From a virus, in IMG/VR virus record IMGVR_UViG_3300032267_001204, positions 1 through 64,000 of that record: a stretch of DNA of 64,000 bases. The stretch is one strand, 5' to 3'. The translations under genes and the position numbers were made by a program. Positions 34,418-47,000 of the stretch are shown in pieces. Numbering within the stretch: the stretch's first letter is position 1; each line of letters starts with the position of its first letter. The notes beneath the pieces are model-generated. The model was not told the DNA's origin. It saw only the letters and a program-made list of their open reading frames with translations, and did not search any database.

Positions 34418-34729
34418 ATGGAGAAACAACCCATGAAATATCGAGAACACACCACGCCCATGCTGGCCCCCGAGAGCTATATCCACCTCTGGAAAGCAGC
34501 ATCCAAACCCAAAGCGGAACCCAAAGTCTACGTCTGCCGTGACCTGTGGCGCCGCCTCACTACTGCCCTGCTGACCGGAGCCAAGCTCCTGATGCTTGCA
34601 GCATGTAGCCCGAAGCCTGAACCCCTCGCCCTCGATCCTCTGGATCTGGTTTGGGTTCAGCCCGAATCGGCCCGCGAGGAGCGGGCCAAGACCCTTCCCA
34701 GAGTGGAAGGGAATCCGTTTAACCTCTAA
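34418..34729 (+). CDS. Hypothetical protein, possible lipoprotein
   Basis: Internal LLMLAACS lipobox-like sequence. Confidence 0.5.
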   Translation: MEKQPMKYREHTTPMLAPESYIHLWKAASKPKAEPKVYVCRDLWRRLTTALLTGAKLLMLAACSPKPEPLALDPLDLVWVQPESAREERAKTLPRVEGNPFNL

Positions 34730-34744
34730 CCCACTAATACTGAT

Positions 34745-34990
34745 ATGTTTCCAATCGAACAAACCAAACCCCCTCGGGAGACTGTGATCCGAGTCAGAAC
34801 CGAGAACTTCATCAACAAAGCTGCCTGCAAGAAGTTCCTCATGGACTACGCGAAGGGCAACCGATACCACCCGTTTACCCGTTTTGACGCAGGTATTTAC
34901 GACGAACTCAACGGCCTCTTGCGCCGGTATATGCAGGGCATCGTGAAGCGCCAGCCGAGTAGCGGCCGAACCCTGAGATCGAACCGCTGA
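34745..34990 (+). CDS. Hypothetical protein
   Basis: INKAACKKF...HPFTR...QPSSGRTL. Confidence 0.6.
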   Translation: MFPIEQTKPPRETVIRVRTENFINKAACKKFLMDYAKGNRYHPFTRFDAGIYDELNGLLRRYMQGIVKRQPSSGRTLRSNR

Positions 34991-35098
34991 TCAGATTAGG
35001 GATTGCGGCGGAGTGTTCTTCTCTGGTCATTATCATCCCCTGTCCAGTAACCGCATAAAAGCTGGACACTTTTCATAACCGTGCTACCTTCCCACCTC

Positions 35099-35470
35099 AT
35101 GCAAGTGACGGCAACCGAGCGCACCTTCGGCCTGAAGGTCAGGGTCAAAGTAGGGGGCGACGAATCCTCGGCATGGCGGTCGGCGACTAAGTTCACCGAC
35201 ACCTTAGCTACCGAGGAGGAAAGTGGCGACGCAGCGGGCTGGGCCCTCCACAGCGCTGACCGAGCCTTCATTTGGCTTGAGTCATGGCCCGAGTCGCGGC
35301 GCAAAGGGAACAGCAAGAGCCTGACCCACGAGTGCGTCCATGTCGCCATGAGCTTCCTGCGGGACCATGTCCGCGAAGACATCCGCAAAGCCGAAGAGAC
35401 ATGCTGCTACCTCGTGCAGCACTTGGTCGATGAAATCGAACACAAACTCAACCAGCGAAAAAAACAATGA
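35099..35470 (+). CDS. Small zincin-like metallopeptidase
   Basis: LTHECVH...AEETCCYL (HExxH plus downstream E). Confidence 0.65.
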   Translation: MQVTATERTFGLKVRVKVGGDESSAWRSATKFTDTLATEEESGDAAGWALHSADRAFIWLESWPESRRKGNSKSLTHECVHVAMSFLRDHVREDIRKAEETCCYLVQHLVDEIEHKLNQRKKQ

Positions 35471-35736
35471 ACAAAGAAACATTATGGGGGCTTCTGATCC
35501 AGAACAACCCCCGCCTTACCGCCGATCCTCATCTGACACCCGAGAGCGCACGGCGCTTTTTCGACATGGTTTGGAACACGGCCTACGGAGCCGGATGCAA
35601 GGACATGATCGATCGCCAGCATGAGATTGCGGAGAACAGCGACGAACCCGCGCAACAGGATTTTATTAAGTTCCTTGCGGACGCCCTTGAACGACTTACC
35701 GATGAAAGCCCGACTCCGAAAAAAAAGAAACACTGA
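35467..35736 (+). CDS. Hypothetical protein
   Basis: ATGA coupling. Confidence 0.6.
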   Translation: MNKETLWGLLIQNNPRLTADPHLTPESARRFFDMVWNTAYGAGCKDMIDRQHEIAENSDEPAQQDFIKFLADALERLTDESPTPKKKKH

Positions 35737-35929
35737 CCCTGCTCAGAGCGACGGCGAAGTCGCGTGGCGGCGGCGTTACATCGAGCTGTATGACCAGCAG
35801 TGCAACGCCTACGACGCGCACCGCTTGTGCCTTGAGGCTATCGACGCGAATGATCCTGAACGCGCTACCGAGCTACTCGAAGGGCTAGTCGCCGCTCACC
35901 AAGAAGAGGTTCGTCAATTGGTCAAATGA
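35702..35929 (+). CDS. Hypothetical protein
   Basis: MKARLRKK...WRRRYIELY. Confidence 0.5.
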   Translation: MKARLRKKRNTDPAQSDGEVAWRRRYIELYDQQCNAYDAHRLCLEAIDANDPERATELLEGLVAAHQEEVRQLVK

Positions 35930-35951
35930 AACGCACTAGATAAGTTGTTAC

Positions 35952-36218
35952 ATGGCTACTTATAAAGGCAAACAGGTCTCGCTGTATAAGCCCCGTAAAA
36001 TGGAGGGGATTACTCCGGCTGGTAAAAAGAAATCCGTCTTCGTCCCTGGAAAAAAAGCGGGAACGGCAAAAGTCGTTCACTTCGGGGACTCCTCGATGTC
36101 GGACTACACGCAGCACCGAGACAAGAAGCGCCGCGCCAATTTTCATTCGCGGCACAATTGCGCCGACAAAAAGGACAAGACCAAGGCGGGGTATTGGGCC
36201 TGTAAGAATCTATGGTGA
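35952..36218 (+). CDS. Basic protein of the HFG..SDYT.H.D..RR..F..RH family
   Basis: VVHFGDSSMSDYTQHRDKKRRANFHSRH...AGYWA..LW. Confidence 0.75.
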   Translation: MATYKGKQVSLYKPRKMEGITPAGKKKSVFVPGKKAGTAKVVHFGDSSMSDYTQHRDKKRRANFHSRHNCADKKDKTKAGYWACKNLW

Positions 36219-36394
36219 ATTACCCCGATTGGATTTGCTCGGACTGCGGACGCAAGCACGGCAAGAGGCCCGAGGGGAATCCCTACGGAGCAACGTATCA
36301 CCAAGACACCTGCGGCGTTTGCGGCGAAACCAAAGAAGTCACCGAACCCCGGGACTATGGACATTTGAAGCATGACTGGCAAACAGCCAACTAG
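36212..36394 (+). CDS. Small zinc-ribbon protein
   Basis: CSDCG...CGVCG...TEPRDYG. Confidence 0.65.
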   Translation: MVNYPDWICSDCGRKHGKRPEGNPYGATYHQDTCGVCGETKEVTEPRDYGHLKHDWQTAN

Positions 36395-36899
36395 ACACTA
36401 CCGGATCAAGGCCGATTGGTCCGCCATGCGCCTCGCTTATCTTCAAGGCGAGACGTTCCGCGCTATCTCCGCCACCTACGGAGTCAAAGAGAACACTGTC
36501 CGAAGCCGCGCTTCCCGCGAGAAATGGCACGTTCCTCCGGCGCGGGTGATGACGACACCCGAGGACAACGCCCTGTCCCTCCAACGCGCCCACGAACTGT
36601 GGCAACAGCGCAAAGAGCGGGTCAAGGAAAGCGAATACAAGATCGCCGAGCGCATCTTGGCCCACGCCGAGACGATGCCAGAGGATCAACTCATCAACAA
36701 GGCGGACAAGATCAAGATCGGGGTCGATATTGGCCGGCGATCCGTCGGCATGGACGTCGAACAGAAGGACGTCAACGCGGTGAACATCGCCATTCTGGGA
36801 GACGTAGACGCCGAGTCTCTCAAGGCCATGAGCTACGACGCTCCGGCGGGACCGATGGCTCTCCCAGATGTTCCCGAGAACCCAGACCAAGAACCATGA
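36372..36899 (+). CDS. Putative terminase small subunit (N-terminal HTH)
   Basis: DWSAMRLAYLQGETFRAISATYGVKENTVRSRASREKW; C-terminal VNIAILG. Confidence 0.65.
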   Translation: MTGKQPTRHYRIKADWSAMRLAYLQGETFRAISATYGVKENTVRSRASREKWHVPPARVMTTPEDNALSLQRAHELWQQRKERVKESEYKIAERILAHAETMPEDQLINKADKIKIGVDIGRRSVGMDVEQKDVNAVNIAILGDVDAESLKAMSYDAPAGPMALPDVPENPDQEP

Positions 36900-37048
36900 A
36901 GCTCGTTCCGCTGCTGATTACGACCGTCTGCTATTTGCTCACGGCCTGGGGATTTTACAAGGACGCCCAGATGGGCCTCTGTTGGGCCTTCCTCGGATAT
37001 TCAATCGCAAATCTGGGATTTATCTACATCTGCATCTGCAGCCCTTAA
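36896..37048 (+). CDS. Small two-TM membrane protein
   Basis: MKLVPLLITTVCYLLTAW...WAFLGYSIANLGFI. Confidence 0.6.
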   Translation: MKLVPLLITTVCYLLTAWGFYKDAQMGLCWAFLGYSIANLGFIYICICSP

Positions 37049-37053
37049 ACTTT

Positions 37054-37377
37054 ATGTCTGAAAACAACACCGAAACCACTGAAATCGCCAGCATCCAGAA
37101 GACGCAATACATTACGTCGCATCTGATGACGCTGGTGGGAAACTACCTCGCCAATAAAGACCGCTCCGAGTTCACCGAGTCTGAGCATCTGTTGGCTTCC
37201 CTGTTCTCGCAGCAAGCGATCCTGCTTATGGCCGTCAACGCGGTCCCGCACGATGTCCGCCAGACTCTGGGAGACGCCATCGACGCAGAAGTCGTGAAGC
37301 TCGGCGGAGTTCCCGAGGAGCCCCAGCCGAAGGAAGCGCCGTCGAATCTAATCGTCCCAGACCGATTCGAGTCGTGA
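37054..37377 (+). CDS. Hypothetical protein
   Basis: MSENNTE...PSNLIVP; last plus-strand gene before the convergence point. Confidence 0.6.
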   Translation: MSENNTETTEIASIQKTQYITSHLMTLVGNYLANKDRSEFTESEHLLASLFSQQAILLMAVNAVPHDVRQTLGDAIDAEVVKLGGVPEEPQPKEAPSNLIVPDRFES

Positions 37378-37398
37378 GCGAGGGCTTCTCTGCGCTGC

Positions 37399-38064
37399 TT
37401 ATCCTTCTTGGGACGCTGGCGTTTCTGGCTGCTGTTGCGAGCTATCAGAAGTATTGAGCCAGCACCAAGAAGGAAAGCGGTAACCCTCGCTGGCCTTCTC
37501 GGCCACGTCTTGGGGCAGCCACACCTTTGCCTTGAGGTTGCAACCGCAGACGCCGCAGTTGGCAAGGCTGGCGTTTCGGACTGTCTCTCGCGCTCCGATG
37601 ATCGAGTAGACAACTGAGGCCAGATTGGAGCACGCGTAGCATCCGGTCATTCCTACGTTCAAGGGGCACGCGGCGCAAGTGGCTGCCCGCCGGTCAGCCG
37701 TCTCCTGATCGACGAGACCCTTTCCTCCCAGAGCGGAAGCCGTCGCTTTCAGGAAGCGCATGACATCATCAAAGTTGAAATCCTTCTTCAGGCCAGTGTC
37801 GGAGTTTCGAATTTCGGCTGCTTCAAGTACTTCGGCGTCGGTCATTATCGGCGCACAAAGCCCTGGACCGGTCGCCGCGCAGGTGAAGTTGACGACGTCT
37901 TGCCGGGGTCGGCCCTCTGGGAGGCCGTTCGATTCCCGGTGCTCCCTCACTTGTCGGGCGACGTCATCGAGGATCGGCCCTCTGAACTTGCAGTCGGTTT
38001 CCGGCTGGAGGTAGCGCCAGTCGGCGGCAAGCGATTTGTCGAGCCATTCGTAGTCTCTGGTCAT
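37399..38064 (-). CDS. Cys-rich (Zn-binding) protein
   Basis: RAATCAACPLN, CYAC, CGVCGCNLKAKVW, PSWCW. Confidence 0.75.
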   Translation of the reverse strand: MTRDYEWLDKSLAADWRYLQPETDCKFRGPILDDVARQVREHRESNGLPEGRPRQDVVNFTCAATGPGLCAPIMTDAEVLEAAEIRNSDTGLKKDFNFDDVMRFLKATASALGGKGLVDQETADRRAATCAACPLNVGMTGCYACSNLASVVYSIIGARETVRNASLANCGVCGCNLKAKVWLPQDVAEKASEGYRFPSWCWLNTSDSSQQQPETPASQEG

Positions 38065-41000
38065 AAATCTCGCTCCTGTGCTTGCCCGGCGGCCTGTTGT
38101 GCCTCTCGCGCCCGCTCTGGAGCGGCGTTCTTGAGTGACTCTTTGCTTGGCTGGAAGGGCCGGTAAATGCCGGAGGCGATGTCTTCGAGGTCGTCTTTGC
38201 CAATGCCGGTGGCTCGAAGGCGACTAATCGCCGCCGGTTCGGGGAGCCCCAGGCGCCGGGCCGCCATGTATTGACGACGCGCTTCTTGCGTAAGACGGTA
38301 TTGGGCTTGGTCCGTCAGGTCGAAGGAGCCGGCCACGGCGCCAGGAGGCTGAGTACCCCGGGAGAGAAGAACGCGGTTAAAAAGAGAGGTGGCGTCGCGC
38401 TTGTTCCGGAGAAACTCTGAAGCACCGAAGCCTAAAGCTTGATCCAGATCCACTTGGCGGATGCGCGTTCCGGTTACGATGGCACCGATTTCTTGCGCCG
38501 CGCTAAACTGCTGCCCCGAATCGGAGACAATTCCGGCAACACCGAGGCTGCCTCGGTAAATTGTTTTTGCGGTGCCCGGCACGAACGCGCCAGCCAAGTG
38601 GGCGCCAACGGCTTGGGCAATATTCGTTCCAGAATCTTGCGGATTGTAGATCCGTCGGCCGCCAGCATCGACGTTGCGGAGGACGCTGGTCACCGCGCCG
38701 AAGACAATCTGTTCGCCGACGAACGGCTTCATCAATTCGCCGACCATCGCCACTCCGCCATCAGCAATGGCTTCCGGCATACTCTCAGCGCGACCAAAAG
38801 CGCGCATCATCGCGACGAAAGGTTTTTTGAAATATTCATGCCCGTCGAAAAACGAGATGTCGGCGTAGCTGATGGTATTCCCCGTGCGCCCAAACAAGAG
38901 TAGCTGGTTATTTTTCTGCCAGTCTGGAAGGAACTCACGGAGGTCTTCTTCGTCTTCGGGGGTCATTCCGGCCATCGCGGCAATTCCGCCAGCCGCGACA
39001 GCAGGCACGGTCATTGCCAAACCGAATCCTCCGATCCGCCGATAACCGAGGCTCCGCAGCTCTGGGTTGCCTGACTTAATTTCGCTGGCCGCCAACCTGA
39101 GCGTATTGATCGCTGTGCGAACAACTTCGGTGGTGAAAGTAATAAAGGGGGCGACGACTAAGCCAGGTCCCCGCTTGAGTTCCTGCACCCACTGCGGGGC
39201 TTCGGAGTAGGTCCAATAGATGTCCCGGGAGATCTCGGCAGCTTTCTCATCGAGTTCCGCTTCGGACATTTTCGGATATGCCCGGCGATAGTTTTCCCGC
39301 TCGGTGTAGAAAACAATGGCCCGCATAATATTGTCCGACATCGCGTAAGTCCCCTGGGCGAAGTCCCAGAGCTTACGGAACGGCTGCGTAATCTTGCGGG
39401 TTACTGCGTCTCCGGCTTGCACACGGGCGCCGCCCAGTTCGCGGTAGTCCTGCACGAGGTCGTCGATCATGTTGGCGGTCACCGATTCGCCGAACACGCG
39501 GAGGCGGATGAGCTTTTCGATTTCTTGCCGGGCTTTCTCGTACGCTTTGGGCCCAGAGCCGTAATTCTTGAACGCTTCTTGGATCGCTGTCTGGTGCGCC
39601 AGCCCGATGGCTTTGCCCGAAAACGATCCGGGCATCAACGCGCCGGTTGAAAGAAGTTTGAGGTATCCGGACAAGTAGTTGCGTGTTTGTGCGGCTGCCG
39701 AGCCGACAGTCGCCATCGCCATCGAGAGGCCCGTAGCTTTGGCAAAAAGCCGCGCCGCGTTTTCCGCGTCGCTCTGCGGATACATTTTGTAAAGGGCCTC
39801 GACGATGTCGCGGTTGCCCCAGACTCCGGCCAGCGGAGAGAGGCGGGCATTGGTCTCGTCCGAGATTTTGACGAATCCAGTCGGGGCTTCCCAATCGGCG
39901 AAAGCGTCCCGGAAAGCAGTCTCTGCGGCGTCTCGGTCGGTAGTGCGGAGTATCTCCTCAAAGTTTGCGCCGCGCACAACAAACTCGCCGGTATCTTCGT
40001 CCCGGCGCATTTCTGGCTGCGCCGAGAACCATCCTTCCGACAGGCCGAGTTCGCGCAGCTCGCGCAGGAATCGGTGGTTATAGATAAGCGTGGACATCTT
40101 GAGGATCGTCTTTCCGTAGGCCGTTTCCGGATTGTCGTAGACGCCCCAGAGCGCTTGAATTTCGGGAGCGATCGTCCCCCGGCTCATAAAGATCGACAGA
40201 TTTTTCTGCCCCATGACTCGTCCGGAAAGCGCTTCGAGCGTCGGGTCTTTCACGGACAACGCTGCTTCAAGGGCGGTTTCTACGTCGGCGGCGGCCACAG
40301 ATCGGGTGGCCTGGCGCTGGGCTTCGGCCTCAGAGATGGTTGTCCCAGATTTGGTAGCGGTGTTCAGGATACGTTCCTTAGCCTTCTCGATAAGCTGCTT
40401 CTTTAGAAAGCCACGGGCGCCGGCCATGACCTTCAGATTCTTCCTCACGCGGTCAGCCCATTTGGGGTTGTCAAAGATGGCGTAGCTTCGGTTGAGGTAG
40501 ATACCCAGCGTCTCGTCGATGGCGATTTCCAAGTCTCCGGAAACGAGCCCTTCGGATTTAAGCCGGCGCTGAAGCACGTTGATATGATCTCGCATCTGTG
40601 TCACGAGAACGCGCACATCCCGGGGAAGCGACTTCAAAGCCGCTGTCTGGCGCTCGCGGAACTTCATCCGATTCTCCCGCCGATAGCGGTCTTTCAGCTC
40701 GGCGGCTGCTTCGGGATCAGTAAGGCGAACTCGCGTCATCTCCGCCATCTGTGCTTCGGTGAAGGGGTTGTCTAGATTACCCAGAGCCGTGGTGATCTTG
40801 CGCGGGTCGATGTTGCGGTCACGAACAGCGCGGACGAGGAGCCGGATGTTGGCGTCGGCCCGGCTGGCTTCGGCTTTGATGCCAGCTCGCGAGCTTTGGA
40901 ACTTGTCGGTGCCGCGAGCGTCCATGAGGCGATCAACGGCAGAGATAAACTTGCCTTTGACGTAAGTGCCGCCGGTCGGGGTCTTGCTGACCTCGTCCCG

Positions 41001-44000
41001 GAATATCCGCTCGAACTTCCCACCGAGGGAGTCGCTATACCGAATACTCGGGATCTCGTTTAGCTCTTGTTCCGTCATCGAGTCCGGGTCTCGCTTGACT
41101 GTTACTTCTGGTGCGGGCGCACGCTTTCGCATCCGCTTTTCAACGGCGGCTTGGTTTTTCTCGTTGAACAAATCCCAGTAAACCCCCGAGTCCATTTGCC
41201 CACCGCTCGGCGGCCGGAAGTTGTCACCCTTCGTCTCCCCGTCGATAACGACGGGTTCCGCACGACTGGTCTTTTGGGCCCAAGCAACGAATTCACTACG
41301 GCTCATGGCCTGAACCGCTTTATCGATCTCTGGGTCTGTTTTGCGCGTAGGTTTTGGCGCCGGTGTTCCCTTGGGCTCTGGGACGACTTTAAGTCGAGGC
41401 GACTCTCCCGTTGTGTCTGCGTCTGTTGTGTCTGCATCGCTAACCTCGGGGGCAGCTTCTGGATCGGGGTCGGGGGCAGGTGCTTTTTTCTTTTTCTTCG
41501 GCGGCTCTTTTGGCGGCTCTGGGTCCGGCTCGGGTTTTGGCTCAACCGGCGGCGGCTCGGGTTTGGGCTCGACAGGCTTGGCCGGTTCAGCCGGTTGCCG
41601 CGCTTTGGCGGCGGCCAACTCCGAATAAAGCAGATTCAGTTCAGCTTCGATGTCGGCCATCGGAGTGAATGTGTTTCTTCCCAGCTTCTGGGCCGCTTCT
41701 CTGACACGAGGGTCTTCGGGCTTATTCGTATTCCGCCGCCGCTGTGTTTTGAAGGCGTGTAGGTCAGCAAGAGGTCCTTCTAGGATTCCTTTCAGTGCGC
41801 GGAGATCCGACTCTTTCTTTGAGATATCCTGCTGGATTTCATCGACCGACCTACCCGCTTCGGCGGCTTCGGCTTCGGACGCTTGCTCCAGAAGAATTAC
41901 TTCTGTGCCCCGGGGCAAAACGTTGACTCCGGCCACCCCGCTGGTTGGGGCGAAGCCCTGGCGATAGCGGAGCACTCGGCCGCTGGGGAGCCTGATTTCT
42001 CTTCGAGCTTCGGCTTGAGCCTGTTGAGCTTGTTGGCGTCGGGCTTCACGGACAGCCGGCCATTCGGCGGCCAAGCGATTGCGGTCTTCGGAAGTGCCCG
42101 CCAAGTCCTGCGCTTCGAGCTGCTCCTCGATGTATTGCGCCTGGGCCACCGCTGCTTCCATTTCGTCGATCATCCGACTGCGGATCAACTCTGGGGCTGC
42201 GTCGCCTTCCACGCTGGAGAAGTTCAGGCGCCATGAATCACTGAAGCCTTCAGCAAGAGGCGAGGAGCTATCGACTTGAACCCCGGTGATGAGGGCCACG
42301 ATGGAGTTCCAGACATCTTTGAGCGCCGCGACGAAGTCTCCTTTGAACGTCCCCTTCCCGAATCCCAAAGTGGCAAGCTGCTTGGCGACCTCTGGATTGT
42401 GGGTCACCTCTACCACGAATTCTTCGAGACTGGTCAGCGAGATGAGTGCCTGGTTGGATTCGGAGGCGGCGATTTCCTGAAGCTGATCGGAGATGATTTT
42501 GACTTCTGCATCGGTCGGTTTTGCCGGGACGTCGAGGCCCCGGGAGCGGCCAGCCGCGATGATCGACTGCCGCCGGAATCCTTCCAGTCGCTGAATGGCG
42601 GCGCGCTCGGCGGAGTTCAGTTCAACTAGGCCGTTGAGTTTGGAATTTACGACAACGTGGGAAAGCTCGTGGAGAAGCGTGTCGATTGCGCCGCCTTCGC
42701 GGTTGTCGTGGACCGCGTTGGTGTTGAGATAAATCGAGTAGGCGCCGTCGCTTTCAGCGGCGCGGCCAGACCAAGTGACGGCATTCGACTTGATGATGTC
42801 GTCTTCGACTTCGCTTTGAGCTGCGGCGATCTGGGCATCCGCTTTGTCCGGGTCGGCGTCAAGCGTGATCTCCTTTTTCTTGCTTCCCAGAGTGAGGGTG
42901 ATCTTGCCGTCTTTGACTTTGACCCGGCGGTCAATCTCTTCCTCGGTGAGCGGCTGGCTGTTGAAGTTGCGGCCAAAGCCTGCGATCTGGAGGGAGACGT
43001 TATCGTTCCACCCCAAACGCGGCCCCAGTTTAACAAATGCGGCGGCGATACTGCGGGCCTTGAGGCTCTGGCTCTGGTCGTTGGCGACAGTCTTGAGGAA
43101 AGTCTCAATGTCTTTGAACGCGCCCGATTGGATGAGCTTCCGGATGTTTTCGCGTTTGATCTTGAGCTTGGCGGCGTTGGATCCTCGGCGGCGAGCCGCT
43201 TGTGTCGCAGCCATGCCGGCGAGAAGCTCCGTGGCGCTTTTGGTCAGCAGCAGGTCCGCGAACGGCTGCGACGTCTGACCTATCACATTGCCGCCCGCCG
43301 CCAGCGTCGATTCCGTGGCGCGGCCTTCGGTCTCGATCGCCGTGACGATGCGGTTGATTTGCTCGTCGGTATAACCTTCGAGGTCTTTGCTGGTTAAGCC
43401 AGACCAGGAGGCGACGTAGGCTCGGGCTGCTCTGGGAGCGACTGTTCGGACGGTGCGGTTGAGAAGACGAGTTCGTGGGCGAGATCCTCGAACCGATTGA
43501 GCGGCGCCACTTGAAACGCTTCCGGATCGGTCAGCATCAGGTCCGCCAGGGCTCCGTAATCCCCTTTCGCCAGTCGGATCAGGATCGGGCCCCCCAAGCG
43601 ATTGGCTAACTCGCGGTGCTCCTCCTGCGACAGCACCATCGCCAGCAGCCGACAAGCCACGTCCGGAAATGCGGCCTGCATTTCCGCCACGCTTGGCCCA
43701 TTCGAGGATTTCTCGGTTTTCTTTTTGTTGGAGGAGTCGCTCGGCTGTTGCACTGGGCTTCCAGTCAGCGGCTTTCTTTCCGATGAGGTTGTTTTCTGGT
43801 ATTCCATAGAGTGTATTGTAGCTGACGTCGCCTTGGATGTAGCGGATAATTTCTTGCAGTCGTGGGTCTAAGTTAGAGAAGTCAACGCGCCCCGTCGCGG
43901 TTACGAGTTCTTCGAGGCGAGCAATTTTGCCCGGGTCTTTGTACCAATAGCGATCCTGGGACGGGTCCCATTCCAGCCCGAAAGTTCCAAGAAAAAGCTT

Positions 44001-47000
44001 TTGATCTTCAGTGCTGAGTTTGCTCACCAGCTTTTTGTCTTCGCCGACGAGCCTTAATAGTTCAGGACCCACGCTTCCGCCCGGTGTATTTTCTTCTTCA
44101 GGCGCGTCGTCAGTGAGTTCGGTCGCGTTCGCGACGTTTCCGACTTCCAGCTCTTCTTTTTGCGGCGCGATTAGGGTTTCCGGCACAAAGCGTTCGTCGA
44201 GGGAAACAGTCGAAGGGGCTTCCTTCCGCATCCTCCGGATCGACTTGGTGGCCGCGTTAACGGCGGCTTGGGCTACTTTGAACGGGGGAGCCTTGCTGCT
44301 CGTGATCCGGGAGACCTTGATAAGGTCGTCCACAAAACGATCAACTTCGGGAGAGCTGTCCGTGCTAACCACAGTCTTTTTGATCGCGTCATAATCTTTT
44401 TTCCCGAGACGTTCCTCCGTCCCGGCTTTGGCAACTTGGCGCCGCTTTCCTTTTGGAGAAATTACTTTTTCAAGGTCGTCGAGCGTTTCGTTGAAAACCT
44501 TTACGGCGTAGGTCTTGTCGGGGTTGTCTCGAAAACGGGCGGCAATCTTATCACGCAGGACAGCAAGATCGTTAAAGTCAGGTTCATTTAGTCTTACTCC
44601 CAGATCGAGAGCGGCTTTTCGGACTTTGAGTTCAAGGTCTTCTGTAGGTTTGGGTTTTTTGACTGCGCGAGCAGCCGCCAAGGCCGCCGCAAAGCGACGA
44701 GCAATTTTGACCTGCGTCGCCACTGGAAGGGTGGACGTCCGACCGGATGCCGCCGCAACGAATTGCTCCATGGTAGACGTTGCGGCCTTTTTCAAAGCCA
44801 AGGTGCGGAGGTCATCGGATTCGACATTGGTGAGCGGGCTGCCACCTCCGACTGTAATGCCCGTCGTGCGTCCCAGAAATGGCTCGAGACCTTCGAGGAG
44901 CTGACGATAAAGGATGCTGAACGCTTCGGGCAGCGCGGCCATTCGTCGATTAAGCTGCTGCGCTTCGCGAAGATCTACCGCGCTGCTCGACAAACGAGTT
45001 TTCTCGGCCTCAAATCCACGCGCTGGGTCTTGCTGATAAATCTTGGTGAAGCTTCCAACGCCACTAAGCTTTTTGAAGCTCAGGGGCCTGTACGCAGACG
45101 ACTTCCGGTTCGCTTCAAGCCGCTTCTTGTCGTAAGCGTTGGGGAGCATCTCAAGGCGAGCGGACAGATCGACCACGGCTTTCTCGGCGGCCCGCAAGGC
45201 GTTCTGTTCGTTCGGTGCTTCGACGAGTCCGAGACGCTGCTCCCGGAGCGTGTTGAGCCGCCCTTCGATGGCCGCCCGTTCTTCTGCGAGTTTTCCGGCA
45301 GACTGATTGACGCGCTTTGTCCGCCCAGCGATCGCTCTTTTGATACGCTCAGCGTCGCTCCTAATCTGGGTTAGCTCGTCAGTTCTTGATTTTCGCTCTG
45401 CTTTGAGTGATGCGAGCCGTGTTTCTGCTTCGCGCAATTGAGCTTCGTAGTTAAGGCCTCCGAGCCCTTCGCGAACGAGTTGAGACGCGGCGAAGCGGCC
45501 TGTCGGCTGTTTTTTGACGGCTTCGCGCAGCTCGCGAATTTCCTTTTCGGCGTTGGTAATCGCGTTAGCTGAAAGTTCACCGAAGAGTTTTCCGCCTTTG
45601 CCTTCGGGCGCGTTCAGTTCTTGCCGCCGCGCTGCAAGGGCCGTCAGACGTTCGTTAAGTGTTTCTAGGGTGCTTTCTCCGTCGATGCGCGTCTCAAGCG
45701 CGGATAATTGCAGGGCTCTCGACTGGACATTCTTACGGGCTTCAGCCGCCCGACTGCTAACGGCGGCCTGCGCCTGCCGTAGTTCGGCTTCACGATTCGG
45801 TGTCGCGTTTTGCGACGCGGTTTGCAACGCGGCTTCTATTTGTTCGAGCTGCGCTTTTGCATCAGCAAGGGTTTGACGATCTTTGTCTTGGGCCTTCCGA
45901 AGCGCGTTGAGCTGGCGGGTTAAGCCTCGCGTATTTCCAGCTTTTTCGGGCGCGCGTGCCGCCGATCCGATTTCAGCCAACGCTATTTCGGCATCTCTAA
46001 TCTCGGCGTCCAGACGATCACGCTCCGCGAGGGCGGCGTTGTTACCCCGCAGTAAGGCGTCAAAAGTTTTACGCGCTTGATCGCGGTTTTGGATCGCCCC
46101 CGTGAGCGCAGTTTGAGTTTGTTGAATTTCTGCGTCTTCTTCGGCGTCGAGGCGGGCAAGCGCTTCTCGGTCTTGCTCTCCGATCGTCCGTTGCTGGTCT
46201 CGGCCCGCTTTGTTTTTCGGCGGAGATACGTTGGTGAGGGTGAAGCTCAGAGGATTCTGCGCGAGAACAGGCGTCCCTTCTGGGACGAAGCGGCCAGTTT
46301 CGTCACGAACACCAGCTCCAGTTTTGACCGGTGCGTCATACGAGCCTTGGCTGACTTCGACGGGTGAGGATTTCCCATCAACGCCGCGCCAAGTGACGGA
46401 CACCACTGTAGGAGCAATTCTTCCGCGAAACAGCCGGCGCTCAATTTTGACGTCCGGATCGCCTTGCAGCAGAGATACCAATTCTGGGGTTGCGGGCACC
46501 ACGTCACCAGCGTTCAGATGCCGTGCGATGTCAGTTATGGCGCGGCGCTTCGCCACGTTTCGGTTGTTAGTTGCGAGATTAAACTGGGAGAGAGCCTCGT
46601 TGTAAGCGTCGAGCTGCGCTGAATTAGCTTCGTTTTCTCTGACGCGGACAGCTTCGTCGGTGCGTTGCCGGGCAATGATTGCGGCGTCGCGGAGCTTTTG
46701 GTCTCTGCGTTGAGGGGTCTCAGGCACCGCTTCCAATTCACCGGCTTCGTTGGTGAAGAAGCCTCCGGCAAACACTTTGGCTTGCTCCTCTTCAAAAAGT
46801 CTTTCGTAAATCGCGGTGCGTTCTTCGTTCGTCAGGGATTGCCGCTGCGGTTTTGTGGGGCGAACCGGCGCTTTACCTTTCGGCACTCGGATAACCGGCG
46901 TGAGACGGGCAACGATAGGGCGGCCATTATTCCATGCGGGGCCGGCCGGCTCGGAAGACAAATCGCTCGCTGGCGCGGGTTGAGGCCCGAATGGAGTTCG

